A DNA stretch of 64,000 nucleotides, from assembly GCA_964057225.1 (NCBI GenBank), contig OZ059899.1, forward strand, positions 14,136,001 to 14,200,000, given 5' to 3'. This document shows, in pieces, positions 41,901 to 55,300 of the stretch (positions are counted from its first letter, which is position 1; each line of letters begins with the position of its first letter). Origin of the DNA: Auanema rhodensis (lineage: Eukaryota; Animalia; Nematoda). Below the pieces are notes generated by a model. It saw only the letters and a program-made list of their open reading frames with translations. It made no database searches and was not told the DNA's origin. A program made the position numbers and the translations under genes.

Positions 41901-44699
41901 AATGGCTGTCATAAAACGTTGCCGAAGCCACAAGAAGAAGAAGACGACGACGACGACGACGATGAAGAAGAAGAAGATGAAGACGAGCCTGTTGAAAATT
42001 CATTTTGTCAAGCCGATGCAGCAACACCAACAATAGGCATATCATCGTTTTGCTCGTTTTGCGCCAACAGCAACAGTGACCACGGAAAATTATGATCGTG
42101 ATGAAGATGATGACGACACGAAGACGGCAACGACGCCACTGTCTGTGTTGTGCTGGTGAACAGATGACATCTGTGCTGTCTAGCCATTGTCGCATCAGGA
42201 AGATTTACCTATTTTAAAGAAGTATCTCATATACGCTGCACAAAATAGCAATCGCTGAAGAAAGAATGCTTGTTCTGTAGCGGAAAGCTCATTCATGTCA
42301 TCATGTTCAAGTGTAATGAGATGACAGTTTCGAGAAGAAAAAGGGAAAAGAATACTATGGAGATGATGGTTTTAGAAGTTGTTTAAGAATAGAATAACAA
42401 TAGTTGGAAAAGAAAAACGAAAAGATGATGAAGATGCAATAGAAGAGTTGGGCCAGCAAGAGAAAGAGGGAGGGAGTGAGGAAGAAAGAAAGTGAAGATG
42501 TGAATTTCTCTGTGTATGTAGAGGAAAAATATATCTGAATATGAGGGCTTACTAAGCTAAGAGATTGAGAGGTTGAAATCCGAAAAATAGGTTGTGTATC
42601 TGACATGTTATGGAACCTTTTCGTTCCTTTTTTCAACAACGAAGGGGGAAAGTAGTTGAGAGAGATGGAAAGAAACTCTGTTTTATGTTGGGTAAGCTAG
42701 AAAAAGAACCTCTTCCTCAGGATAGATTGGATAGTCAAATCTAAGAATGCCGCTGCAATCCTTCTCTACACTGATACTGACAGCCGTTTCTTTCAAGTTT
42801 TTCGGATGACAGTTAAAAAAAAACAAAAAAAGGATGTGATGGAGAAAATGTCTCGTTGGCAGCCGTCAACTTTTAGGCGTACTGCTTCTACCTTGCCCAT
42901 ACTTGTACTATCTTACTCGGTTAAGGGAAATAAGGTGCAGTGAATATTTAACTACACTCAATATAATATGAGGTAAAAATGAAATATTATAAAATTTTAA
43001 AATAAATTCATTATGAGACAAATTCAGAATAAGAAGAGCTAGAAATGGGGCGATAAGTGTCACAGTGACCTGATTCATCGTATTCGTATCTTGAGCGAAA
43101 CGATACATAAGTGGAGTACTGTAAACAGAAGAAGAAGGACGAAGACGTTAAAAATGAACTCGAAGACGTTTGATGTTTCCTTGATTTTCCTGTTTAAATA
43201 TATATTTGATGACAAAACGCATGAGTATATACATGTCGTTACTTATTACATCATATAGTAAATATATATAGTAAGTATATATCAATTTGGAGAATTCATG
43301 TATTATCTTCAACAAATTACTAAATTTCTAAGATTAGGATCTCATTATATGATTGCTAAAGTAGTAATAGACTTGACTAAGCTACTAGATGCTCAAAGAT
43401 ATTGCCGATATATATTTGAAATCGACTAACAATTAACTATCTATCTTGTATAGTATATAACATACTAATCGTTTCATCTTCTTTCAATCGGAATAACTAC
43501 TAAATATCTGAGTGAAAGACAAAAAGCATATTGCTCTGCTGGGCATCCTTTAGAAATATATATTTCTCTATCTTTCTTTCTCTTAATATCGTATGTTTTT
43601 TTCTTTTTTTTTTCAATACAAAAGAATATGTCGGAAAGAGGTTTACATGATAGAGTTCTAAGGGATTAGATATGGCATTGTCTCAGTTCATGCCGTCATG
43701 TCAGAAGCCAATCTCGATCATATCCAGTTCACCGATCATGCTCAATGCAATCAACAGTTGTAATTACCTACATATGGATTTATAGGATACAAATATATGA
43801 GGGACGTACAGTTCAAATAAATATAAAGATAGTCATAACTGAAATGTTGAAAAATAAGCCTTCATCAATAGTATTGACAACATGCTAGCATTGCAATCGG
43901 AAAAGTTGAGGAAAGTATATTGAATATCCAAAAGGATTTCATACTGTTTCAATAGCTTTTTTTATTGAAAAGCTACGGCTTCATCTTCAACTATGTACGA
44001 GAAAAAAAAATGAATAAAATAATTCAATTTCATTCATGAATAACAGGCAGTTTTGCTTTACGTTTACTGCAAACTAGACGGAGTAATTAAAGCATTTTTT
44101 TGGTTAAATTGCGCAATAATCAAGACGAAATATGGATACAGCCAACCGATTAACTATTCATTATACATAGTAAGTTAGTACTACCTAAGTTTAATAAAAT
44201 ACTGTATGCAAACTAATTGATTAAACTGGATGAGGCATGCTAATATAGAATGAAGCATTACTATATAATATAATATAAAAGAAATATATTAGTTATAAGA
44301 AAAAGTCTACAAAATTAAGATGAATGATTAGATGATGTAACGAATGAATCGTGCAATGTATATGTTTGAGAAACTGACTTCAAGTGGAAGTACTGGACAT
44401 TGAATTTTGCATTCACGATACTCCTTCATATCTCACGTTTCTCGAGTCATTATTACCATCTATAGGTTCAGATTGTTTGTTATAACTCAAAACTAAGTTC
44501 ATTTTCTAGACGAGTGAGGCAGTAAAGGACATTTTTCTTGGTATAGAACATTAAGAAAGACATATTCTCATAGGACAAAAAAAAATTTTTTTTCTTATCT
44601 AGCAAGTAGCATCATGAGTTTGTCAGTTCAGTAATACTGCAATTTCAATGAAATCGGCGATGTAACTCAATGGGTATGTTATGATCAAAAATTAAAAGT

Positions 44700-45930
44700 T
44701 TGTTTGGAGTTTAAGGAAATAAAAGAAGTCATTACTACGCAATACATCTACAAGAAGTCAACGACGCAAATAATCCAAAAAGAAAATAAGAAATCAAAGT
44801 AATTCGCACCTTACAATCCAATGATGTAAATTTTCATTTTGCATCAGTAAAGGATGTTATCGTTCCAATTATTAGATTATATTCAGCTAAACATTGAAAA
44901 AATTAGTATCCTTATTATTTTCCGTTGTTAGGTAATTTTATACATTATTTTCGTAATATAATTATTATTCAAAATTTAATAATTCCATATATATCTGATT
45001 TAATCAGTTGCATACCTTATGGAAATAATGTAGGATTAGATAAGGTATCTTGTATCACATGGTGGACAATTGTTTTACTCATCACAATCTAAAAATAAAT
45101 ATTAATTCTTCAAATCTTCAAATCTGATTTAATATTAATATTATATTTAATTAATATTTAATAGAATTTATAACAGTTAGTCATATCATATATTTTCTTC
45201 AAATTAAACTTATATATTTTTAAAATTTATTTTTTATTTCAGTAATAACATGCAAGAATCTATTTTCAATACCTTCTGAAGGTGTTGATTTCTAACTTTT
45301 AAACTTAAATTTAATTTAAATTACTTTCTATCGCCTATTGAAAATAACGTAAATAAATGAATACAAAATATTTTAGCTAATGCTTAATGAATATATCATA
45401 TTTTAAAAATGTTTAATTTTTATTAATTTATTCTATATAATTTATATTCAAAAAAAAAATAAACATACCGTTAACCACTTTGATTCCATCATTACTATGG
45501 TGATATATGTTTATGATTGTACTGATGAATTACATTGCCGCACTTTTTTTTTTAAATCAATAAACTAAACTTTATATATAAAAAAATAATAAATATTACA
45601 AACCTGTATTGATTTGTAGTTATTTTTCAATAAATATGTTCAACCTACGATATGAACAACCGCTATCGGCAATAACATCAGTTTAAATAAAATTTTTAAC
45701 TCACGTAAATTTCCACGTAACTTGAGCAAGAACGTATTAACTTTCATTTTTCAAATTTCACTAAATCGGTTGAAGTAAAATTAAAGGATCTGGAACTGAA
45801 AATATATTAATAACTGAATTTTCTTTCATATTTTTAGATTTACAGTAAAATATCTTTAGAGAATATTTAAATAATCATACATTTTTAATTAATTTCCAAA
45901 ATGCATTAAATAATATCTTCAAAGACTTTT
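44700..45930 (-). pseudogene. Putative decayed multi-exon gene or spliced lncRNA, product unknown
   Basis: A run of same-strand acceptor/donor pairs defines exon-sized blocks (45705-45795, 45604-45644, 45016-45088, 44810-44886). The peptide-like frames (VPDPLILLQPI*, CDE*NNCPPCDTRY, AEYNLIIGTITSFTDAK*KFTSLDCK) are broken by stops. Confidence 0.3.
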
Positions 45931-48579
45931 AAATAAAAAATACTTGATTGATAACGAAGATAATTAATACGTTATCCAGAATATGCATACGATTTAGAAC
46001 AATAATTATTTTTACATGTTAATTTATTCAAACTTTGAATTAGCCTAATATAGATTTTCAAGAATTTCAAAATATTTTACTATATATCTTAAATGTTTGT
46101 TCTGTATATAACTTGATAAATTTCTTTGTGTATTTCAAGCTGTTTCAAACCAAACTATCGCTTTCTAATAGCTTAAGGAGAATTCACAGTTTATACAGTA
46201 TCCTGAATTGTGCTTATGGAGATTTATAGCAAGAAATCATTATCGACAGCTACAATAACTTCCGATTAACCGAGGACACCCACTTGCGCAATTTCTTTAT
46301 TCCACGCAAATAATTCCTAATTGATGATTAGGTCAAAGCATACATTAATCGTATAATATTTAAAGTTTACTTTTATAGAAATCATTTACGATCATTTATT
46401 AAATTTCTTTCTTTCTCTCAATATCGCTATTTCTGCATTTCTCATTAGTTTTTTTCTAGTTTTATTAGAAAATCTCATCATAACTAAGACTAATCTAATT
46501 CAAACATATTTCTGACTTCTACCTTTGTTTCAGTATACGAAGAACGAGTGAGAACTTCAATCAATGGCCAGCACATAATCAGAATACAATGAAATGCTTG
46601 AAAAAAAGTCATATAACTTGACATCAGACGCGGGTAAGTCAGCTTCTCCTTCCAGACCTATTTTGGTTGAGGTAAAGACTTCACTCTTGATAAAACACTT
46701 TTCTCCTGTTCTTTGGTATAAGTAGTGTATATTACTAGAGGACGATTTGTGTGCACCAAAAAGTGATATATAAATTAAAAAAATACTCATTGGTCCTGAC
46801 ACGGCAAAAAATTTGAACCATTAATGACGTCACGTACATGAACCACATTTGAACGCTTAAGGTGTTTTCTAAAAAAAATTTTTATTATTATATTTATTTT
46901 ATATTTCGTTTATATTATCATATCTTAAACATTTTTCCAATTTGAAAGCAATTTGTATAAGAATCTATCATATCCCTTATCTCAAGTAAATTACGAAATT
47001 AAAAACGCAAATATGATACGGTCAAGTTGGGCTCAGCTGTTTTCATATATTGTGGTCTATGTTTTGGTAATCAGATAGTACTTTTGATAACTTCTTTTTT
47101 TTTACAGCGTCTGCTCACGCACTCTCAAAGAACGTTCGTATCTAAAGAAACTCGAAATACGAAGAGGTGTCTGGCAGACTATCTGTCCCTATCTCTCAAG
47201 AAACAGGTACGCGGTCTTTCATTGAATTTCCGACTAACTCAGTTTCTTTTACCAATCATTGCTATAGTTTTATCAAAAACTCTAGATTTCAACTATCCTT
47301 TTTACCTAGTGTACTGTCAAATCTATTGACTTGGTCTTTTTTCCCGATGTTATTTTATTGAAAGGGAATGTTCCATAGGCTGGGAAAACTTGCCTGGATG
47401 AGCAATACCGAAAAAGTTAGCTAATGACAAAAACTGAATTTTTTCTTATTTCTGGACGTTTAAGATAAGTTACAATTTCCTGTAAATATAATGGTACCAA
47501 CACATTTTTGCGAGTTGTCTTTTTTATCTATGGGGCACCCAAGGACATGGTTCTAGTATAAATTATGATCGTCCTTCTAATAGCGAAGATTCTATCAAGA
47601 TGCATGTTTTGCATGTTTATTCCTTCTCTTATTTTGCTTACCTAGCTTCCTCTTGTGCAGATTTTCGATGTGGTCTTGATAACAGCGTTCTCAAATCTGT
47701 AGGTGAACTGGCATATAGGACTGAATACTTTACAAATACCTATCATACATAGTTATATATATATATACATACATATATATTAGGTTTATTTTTATGTAAT
47801 TTATCCCCTTTATCTCTATTCCTTTCTTGACTTCAGAATAAACTGCCGTGTCAACATTTCACCCTTCAGCTTGACTGTGGCGGCTGAGCCCATCTGCAGG
47901 CCCCGCCCCTCCCCATTATTACAATCTTGAGGACACTCGGGAGTCAGTCGCTTCTCCTTTTTTAGTCGCTGAACTTTTCTAAATTTTAAAATGAATTTAG
48001 AAATAATCATTCTATCTTGTATTCCCATTAAAAAATTTTCTTCACTCGATATATATGGCGCATTAGACTTGCCGCTGATTTAGAGGTTGCGTAGTCTGAA
48101 ATTTTCGAAATGTTTTAGATTTTAATTTATGATTTCTTTTTTTTATTAAACACTTGAAAAGCTCAATTTAATTTTTGTACGATATAACTGTTGAAGTGTT
48201 TGAGCTATTTTTTTCGATTTTCATGGTTTTCAATAATTTCACTCTTTTTTCTTCTTTATATATTTTCTCTTCATTTTCAAGTCTTCCTTATAATTTTTTT
48301 ACCTGAATTCATTGATTAGCATTTTTTCTAAAAATTTAGGGGTGAATGGGCCTATGTGGCACTCGTTTAGCTTAGAAAATACCTGAATTGCAAGCATAAC
48401 GTAATATCATTTTCCTTCCTCATTTTTTTCAGTGAATACATCATTTTCGGAAATTTCTTTGGAAACATTGATAGTTCTCATCCTTGTCTTTCATTTCATC
48501 GTGAAAATTTTTCAAAAACTATCCCCATAATCTTGAAATTTCATACTCTTTGTTTTTTTTTTTAAGCTATTTTCATTTA

Positions 48580-49329
48580 CATCGGAGGCGAGCGTTGTGC
48601 GCTGCGGTGTTCTAACATACAGTAGACAAGATGAGAGGCGGGGTTGCGGCCTGAGACGCTTTCCTATAGCAGCCCCACGGCAGCCATGCTGACTCTCTGC
48701 AATGACCACCCGGTCCGCTCGTCGATAGGTGCGTCTGAGCTCTCCGCGATACAGATTGTCTTTCGTATTCTGCAATCTTATATCTCAAATTTGTGTGCTA
48801 TTGCTTCAGAGCTCTACGCGTTTAAATTTGTTCGATGGCGTGCGTTTTAGACGTATATGCCGATGTTTTGGTCACTTTTGGTCATCTGAGCTTTTGAACG
48901 TTTTATGCGTGCCTTAGTCTTGGCGCAATTTACGGAAACGAGGAATTTTGCTCTGGCAGTGTTTTTAAGTCTTATTTCTAAGTTGCGGACTCGGTGAAAG
49001 GGACGCCGTTCCTTGCGCGCGTTCGGCGTTCATTTCCCTCCGCAGCTTCATAGATTTTCTATGTATCTATTTTTGTTGATTTTTTCACATCTTTTATGTA
49101 AGCTATAGCTGGAACTCTGATGCTAATTTTTTCAGTGTACTAACTTCATTACGGTTATCTTAACGTGCATCTCGTGGTGCATGCCATTAACATTTTTATT
49201 CTAGTCTGCATCCAGCAGCATTAAATTGTTTTGCTGAAGGTAGGTCATTTTTACAGTTTTATGTTTTGTAATCTCATCGTTTTCAGCGTTCCTCTGACAA
49301 AAACGCTCAAACTGACTGTCTCAGGCATA
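48580..49329 (+). promoter_or_regulatory. GC/CpG-rich cbp-1 promoter and 5' leader with non-coding exons
   Basis: Abrupt GC and CpG enrichment at 48580-49045. Acceptors TTTTCAG end at 49135 and 49286; donors GTAAGC (about 49098) and GTAGGT (49240) precede the ATG at 49330. Confidence 0.55.
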
Positions 49330-52300
49330 ATGGAAGAGCCGGCCTGTAAAAAGGCGAGACATGAAGGTATAAGAACACTATAAGTTCTATTTTATGTTTC
49401 TGTTTTAAGGTATTGCAGAGTGCGATGAATCTGAAGCTATAGACGGGTTAAGCGAATTGGAAAAACTCGAACCGTTACCACAGACAAATGAAACTGTTCG
49501 TGAAAGAGTTCGTGATGGTTCCTTACTTCAATATGTTCAGGATACTGGACCTTCTACAAGCCAGGCCGGACCTGGAAGTGCCTCGGGCGGAGCACCTCCA
49601 ACTTTCGGCCAGCCAACTACGCAAGCCCCTCAACAGCAACCGCAATCAGTTTTACAAGTAATACTAATGTCCGTGTTCCATATCTAAAACTCGACTTTTA
49701 AGGAATTGCTAATGCACCAACCCCAACAACCGAATAATAATTCTCCTAGGACAGGACCTGCATTTTCTGTACAGTCTCAACAACAACAGAATAGTTTTAA
49801 CACAAGGTATTTATTTTTTCACTTCTATCATCTTTTCATCAGACCTTTCAGAAGTCCTATGCCAGGACCAAACGGTTCAGCGCCCACGATGATGTCTCCT
49901 CCTAGTACCGGAATAGTGAGCTCTGGGCGAAACTCAAATGGACCTGGGCCTTCTCCTGGTGGACCTCAAGGTGGAATGCAACAACCTGGAAACAATGCTA
50001 TGCGACCTCCAGTTCCTGGTAAGAAACGTTTTTAAAATTAAAATTTAGTTTTGAAACTACAGGTCAACATATGTTTGGTCCTTCAAACGAAATGGTCCCA
50101 CAATCACAGTACGGAATGATGACAAACCAAGGACAACAAATCAGGGGGGGATACCCACCTATATATCCTCCAGCAGGTCCTCAAGGGGTATGTAGAGTTT
50201 TATTTTCGAAATAATGTATCTGTGTTAGGTTCCTTATCCTCCTGCTGGTCGTGGACAACAGCCTATCCGAGGGAAGCCTGGTCAGCCTATGTTGGGTCCC
50301 AGTAATATAGGTAGACAAATGCCTGGTGGACCATGTAAGAATTCAGATTTTTTTCTCCATTCAAATTTTTATTTTAGCCGTAATGATGATGCGACCTCAT
50401 CACATAATGGATCAGAATCACTTTAACAACCAATTCCCTGGGCAACCAAGACAACCTGGCCAGTTTATACCTAATCAAGGATGGCCTAACGGACGTGGAC
50501 AACCGTACGGCGGTCAAATGATGCACCCCGGACAACAAGGACCTCCAGGAGCACCGGTAAGAAATATAAATGTTTTTTTTAAATATATGTATTATTCAGA
50601 TAATGATGATGGATCCTAATGGTCAAAATGGCCCACCTGGACAACAAGTTATGAGACCTACTGGAAACATGATGCATCAGCAACCAATGGCTCCTCAGCC
50701 AAACGTAATACACAGGAAAATGGAAGATTTAAAAAATTTATTTTTCAGTTGAATATGTCAAATGGTCATATGCCTCCTGGATCAGTTCCCAACCCTAACC
50801 AACAACCACCTACCAGTATGGGAATTCCTCCTAACAGAGGAGTTCTTTCAAACACCCAAGCTCCTGGTGCTCAAGATCCTGAGAAAAGGAAACTTATTCA
50901 GCAGCAATTAGTTCTTCTTTTACATGCTCACAAGTGCCAACAGAGGGAACGTGCTGATCCTAATAGAACAGATAACGCTACACATTGCAATTTACCGCAC
51001 TGTAACACAATGAAAGAAGTTCTACAGCATATGACTTCTTGTAATAATGGAAGAGGATGTCAATGTGAGTACTCTGAAATCAGACTAAGTCTCTAAACTG
51101 TTATTTCAGATCCACATTGTGCTTCTTCCCGGCAAATAATTGCTCATTGGAAAAATTGTCTACGTGAAGATTGTCCTGTTTGTAAACCTTTAAAGAGCAT
51201 TCAGAACAACCCAAATGGCTCAGCTGGCCAAGGTATGCACAGTTCATTCTAGTAATTACACTAAATACTTTGCCTATAAGAAAATAAACTAATGAAGTTT
51301 TAGTCATTTCAGGATTAAACGAAATGTCTTCCCTGCTGGGTCCAAATTCGGTTGGGTCATCAAATCCAGGTTTAGGTGCTGCTGGACCGGGTTCTGTTGA
51401 CCCTTTAGGCCAATTTGGATCTCCAACATCCGTTAATCCTAATGCACAAGTCCCAGCTAAAACACTGCTGCTACACGATTGGAACCCCAGTGCTTCCTCA
51501 AGGTGTGATTAAATCTATAAAACATGAAACAAAAACACTTTTCAGCGATCCTTTCCGATCTCCGAATCCACCAAATAAATCAATTGGATTACAAGGTCTA
51601 CCACCATCAATGGCCAAGGGACCCAATGATTTCTCAACACTGGACTTTCCACCACCTGAGCTACCTAACACTGTTAAGGTACTGCCATTCTGCAACGAAT
51701 TTAGCATATTTCTTGCTTTAGGAATGGCACGCTCATGTAACAAAGGAATTGAGAAACCACCTCGTAGGAAAACTGGTGAAAGCTATTTTCCCGTCTCCGG
51801 ATCCAAATGCTATCCATGATCAGAGAATTCGTGATCTCATAAACTATGCTCGTAAAGTAGAAAAGGAGATGTTCGAGACTGCAAACGATAGGGTAAAAAA
51901 ATTAAGCCTTTTTCTTATAAACCTAAACTTTTAGGAAGAGTATTATCATTATCTAGCAGAAAAAATCTATAAGATCCAGAAGGAGCTGCAAGAGAAAAAG
52001 AACAGTCGCTTGAAACCAGAGAGTAAGCTGCGACTAAATCAAAATATCTTATTCTTAATTTCAGTTGACTTGAACGAATTGGATATGCCATGCCCTCCTA
52101 ATCGTACTATTGGCCCATCTCCAATTGGTGCTAGTATGAGCAATCAACAACCTTCTCAACCTTCAAGCCAATGGTCGCAATCGTTCCCTGGCAGTAACCA
52201 ACAGGTACAGCTTTATTGTAAAATACAATTTATATTTTATCATTGTAGGAACCACAGGAAATAAGAAATAATGATAGCGTCTCGCAATCCAACAGTGGAC

Positions 52301-55300
52301 AAGCTTCAACGGCTGGAACTCCAAACATTAAAATAGAGCCTGAAGAAGTCAAAAGAGAAGCCCTCTCTAACAGCACTACCCCTGCTAATTTGACACCAGC
52401 AGCTACTCCTGTTCCTACCCAAAATGGAATGAATTTCAAGGGTGTTAAAGAGGAACCTTGTTCTAGTATGGATTTCAGTTCATACATTTATATACGCAAT
52501 ATAATTTCAGCAACCCCGGGTACTTCTGGAGAAACTAATACAACTACTACTGTTGAGGTTAAAACCGAAGCTGGGCCTCCACGTGAGCCCACTCCTCCTG
52601 CTGGTGAAGATCGTAATTTCAGCGGAGATGAACTTCGGTAAGAAATGGAACAAAAAATCATATATATCTTTATATTCCAGACATTTTCTCCTTCCTGTTT
52701 GGGAAAAGCTAGATTCTAGTGATGATGCTGTGCCTTTCCGGGTTCCCGTTGATCCTCAACTGCTCAATATTCCTGATTATCTGGATATTGTGAAAGAACC
52801 TATGGATCTATTAACTATTCAAACAAAGCTCAACAGTGGATATTATTCAAGTCCTTGGAATTTCTGTGATGATATTTGGCTAATGTTGGAGAATGCTTGG
52901 TTATATAACAGAAAAAATAGTAAAGTTTACAAATTCAGTACAAAGGTAAGCATATTAACGATATTATCGGTAATAATTATTTCATTCCAGCTTTCTGAAA
53001 TGTTTGTTGCTGAAATGGACCCGGTTATGCGAGAGATGGGCTATTGCTGTTCTCGCAAAATGTCTTTTACTCCTCTTGCGTTATTCTGTTACGGTGCTTC
53101 TATGTGTACTATTGCTCGTGATCAACCATACTGGGTGTAAGTTTTCGTTATAACCACCTATCGTACTAAAACTTGGCTAGTTACTAATAAGTTTTATTTT
53201 CAGATATGAACAGAGCTCATCTCAGTTTGGTGTTACTGTATCTGAACGTTATACATATTGTTTAAAATGTTTTGATGCCCTCCCTCCTGAAGGAATCAGC
53301 TTATCCGAAAATCCTAATGATACTACTAACATGGCTTCCAAAGACGTATTTGTTCAGAAGAAAAATAGCGATATCGAATTCGAACCTTTTGAAGTTTGCA
53401 AATATTGCCATCGTAAATGGCATAGGATATGCGCGCTCTATGATAAAAAAGTAAGATTTAACTTTTTAAATATGATATGCTTCTTACCTAATTTTTTTCC
53501 AGGTGTACAATGAAGGTTTTATTTGCGAAACATGCAGAAGGAGCAAAACATATCCCAAACCTGAAAATCGATTTACTGCCAAGAAATTGCCACACAATAA
53601 ACTATCTACATTCTTAGAAGATAGAGTAAAACTTGTAGTTAAGACAAAACCTAATGTTGCTCTTGCAGGTTAACGGTTTTCTCCGTAGTCATTTGACGAA
53701 CAAAGCCGAAAACTACGAGGTTATTATTCGTACTTTATGCGTCCAAGATAAGGAAGTGGAGGTCAAGCCCCAAATGAATGGAAAGTGAGTAAATTTTAAA
53801 TATTTCAATTTTCTAATTATTTTTTTTAGATATTGTCAACTTGGCTTCCCATCTAAGTTCCCATACCGAACTAAAGCTATATTTGCTTTCGAAGTTATTG
53901 ATGGTGTTGAAGTATGCTTCTTCGGTTTACATGTACAAGAATATGGAAGTAATTCACCAAAGCCTAATCAAAGGTAAGCAATCTTGTTTGTACATTATGA
54001 TTCATTTCGATGTTTTAGGCGCGTCTATATTGCCTATTTGGATTCTGTTCACTTCTTCCAGCCTCGTGAATTCCGTACCGATGTTTATCATGAAATTCTT
54101 CTAGGATACCTTGAGTGAGCTTAATACAGAAATTTGCTTTAATAATGTATAATTTTCTTACAGTTATGTAAAGAAACTGGGCTATACAATGGCTCATATT
54201 TGGGCTTGCCCACCTTCCGAAGGTGATGACTACATATTCCATTGTCATCCGCCTGAGCAGAAAATTCCTAAACCGAAGCGACTACAAGATTGGTACAAGA
54301 AAATGTTGGAAAAGGGAGTTGCTGAACAAACCGTTGTTGAATTCAAGGATATCTACAAACAAGTAATCGAGTCAATATCAAGCCTTTTGTTTATTATATA
54401 CTTGTAGGCCAAAGATGATCAGTTAACTTCCCCAATGACTTTACCATATTTTGAAGGAGATTTCTGGCCAAATGTAATCGAAGATTGCATCAGGTAAAAC
54501 TTATTATTTTTTATGTATTAATTAATTTCTTCTGTTTATAGGGAAGCAAACAATGAAGAAGCTGCTAGAAAGAAGTCTGAATCGGTCGATGTTGATGAAG
54601 ACGAAGACGATTTGTATACAACGTCTGACAACGGAAAGAAGAAAAGCTCTAAAAATAAGAAGAATAACCTTAAGAAGAACTCCAAGATAAAGAAGAAGCA
54701 AGGGGGAGGAACAGGCAATGAAATTGCCGACAAACTTTTCTCACAGTTCGAGAAACATAAAGAGGTTTTCTTCACTATCCGTTTGGTTTCACCGCAGTCT
54801 GAATTATCTTTACACCAAATTCCGATAAATGATCCTGATCCATTAATGGTATGAATTGAATTTATAGATCAATTTAATTATTCTTTTTTAGCCTAGTGAA
54901 ATGATGGATGGAAGAGATACTTTCCTCACTCGTGCTCGTGATGAACATTGGGAATTTAGTTCTTTAAGAAGGGCGAAGTATGCTTTAATTTATGCTTTCT
55001 TTTTTGTAACATTATTTTTAGGTACTCTACACTGTGTCTTTGTCATGCTCTTCATGATACAGACTCCACCAAAGAAACTACTTATTGTAACAAATGTAAC
55101 AGCCAGAATGCGAAATACCATTGCAATACTTGCGAAGATTACGATCTTTGTGAGCCTTGCTACCAGGCTGCTAAGCATGAACACCCTATGGAGCAAATCA
55201 AAACACTCATCGCCGCTGCAGAAGGGGAAAATGCTGGTGGAAATCGTTACGAAAGTATTCAGGTATGTTTTGTCCCCTGCATATTGTTCTAATTCGTTTA

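Noticed and set aside
18395-43108. Dozens of 60-140 aa ORFs in the supplied track
   Set aside because: They translate GA/CT microsatellites and AT-rich DNA (SLSLSL, RERERE), often start at non-ATG codons, and show no domains or coherent exon chains.
1100-48630. Recurrent TACNGTA palindromic heptamers
   Set aside because: My rough count is only modestly above base-composition expectation, and there are no paired termini defining a MITE.
48630-48760. Possible H/ACA snoRNA or other structured RNA in the cbp-1 upstream GC island
   Set aside because: Only one convincing stem and no proper ANANNA box; better explained as promoter or leader sequence.
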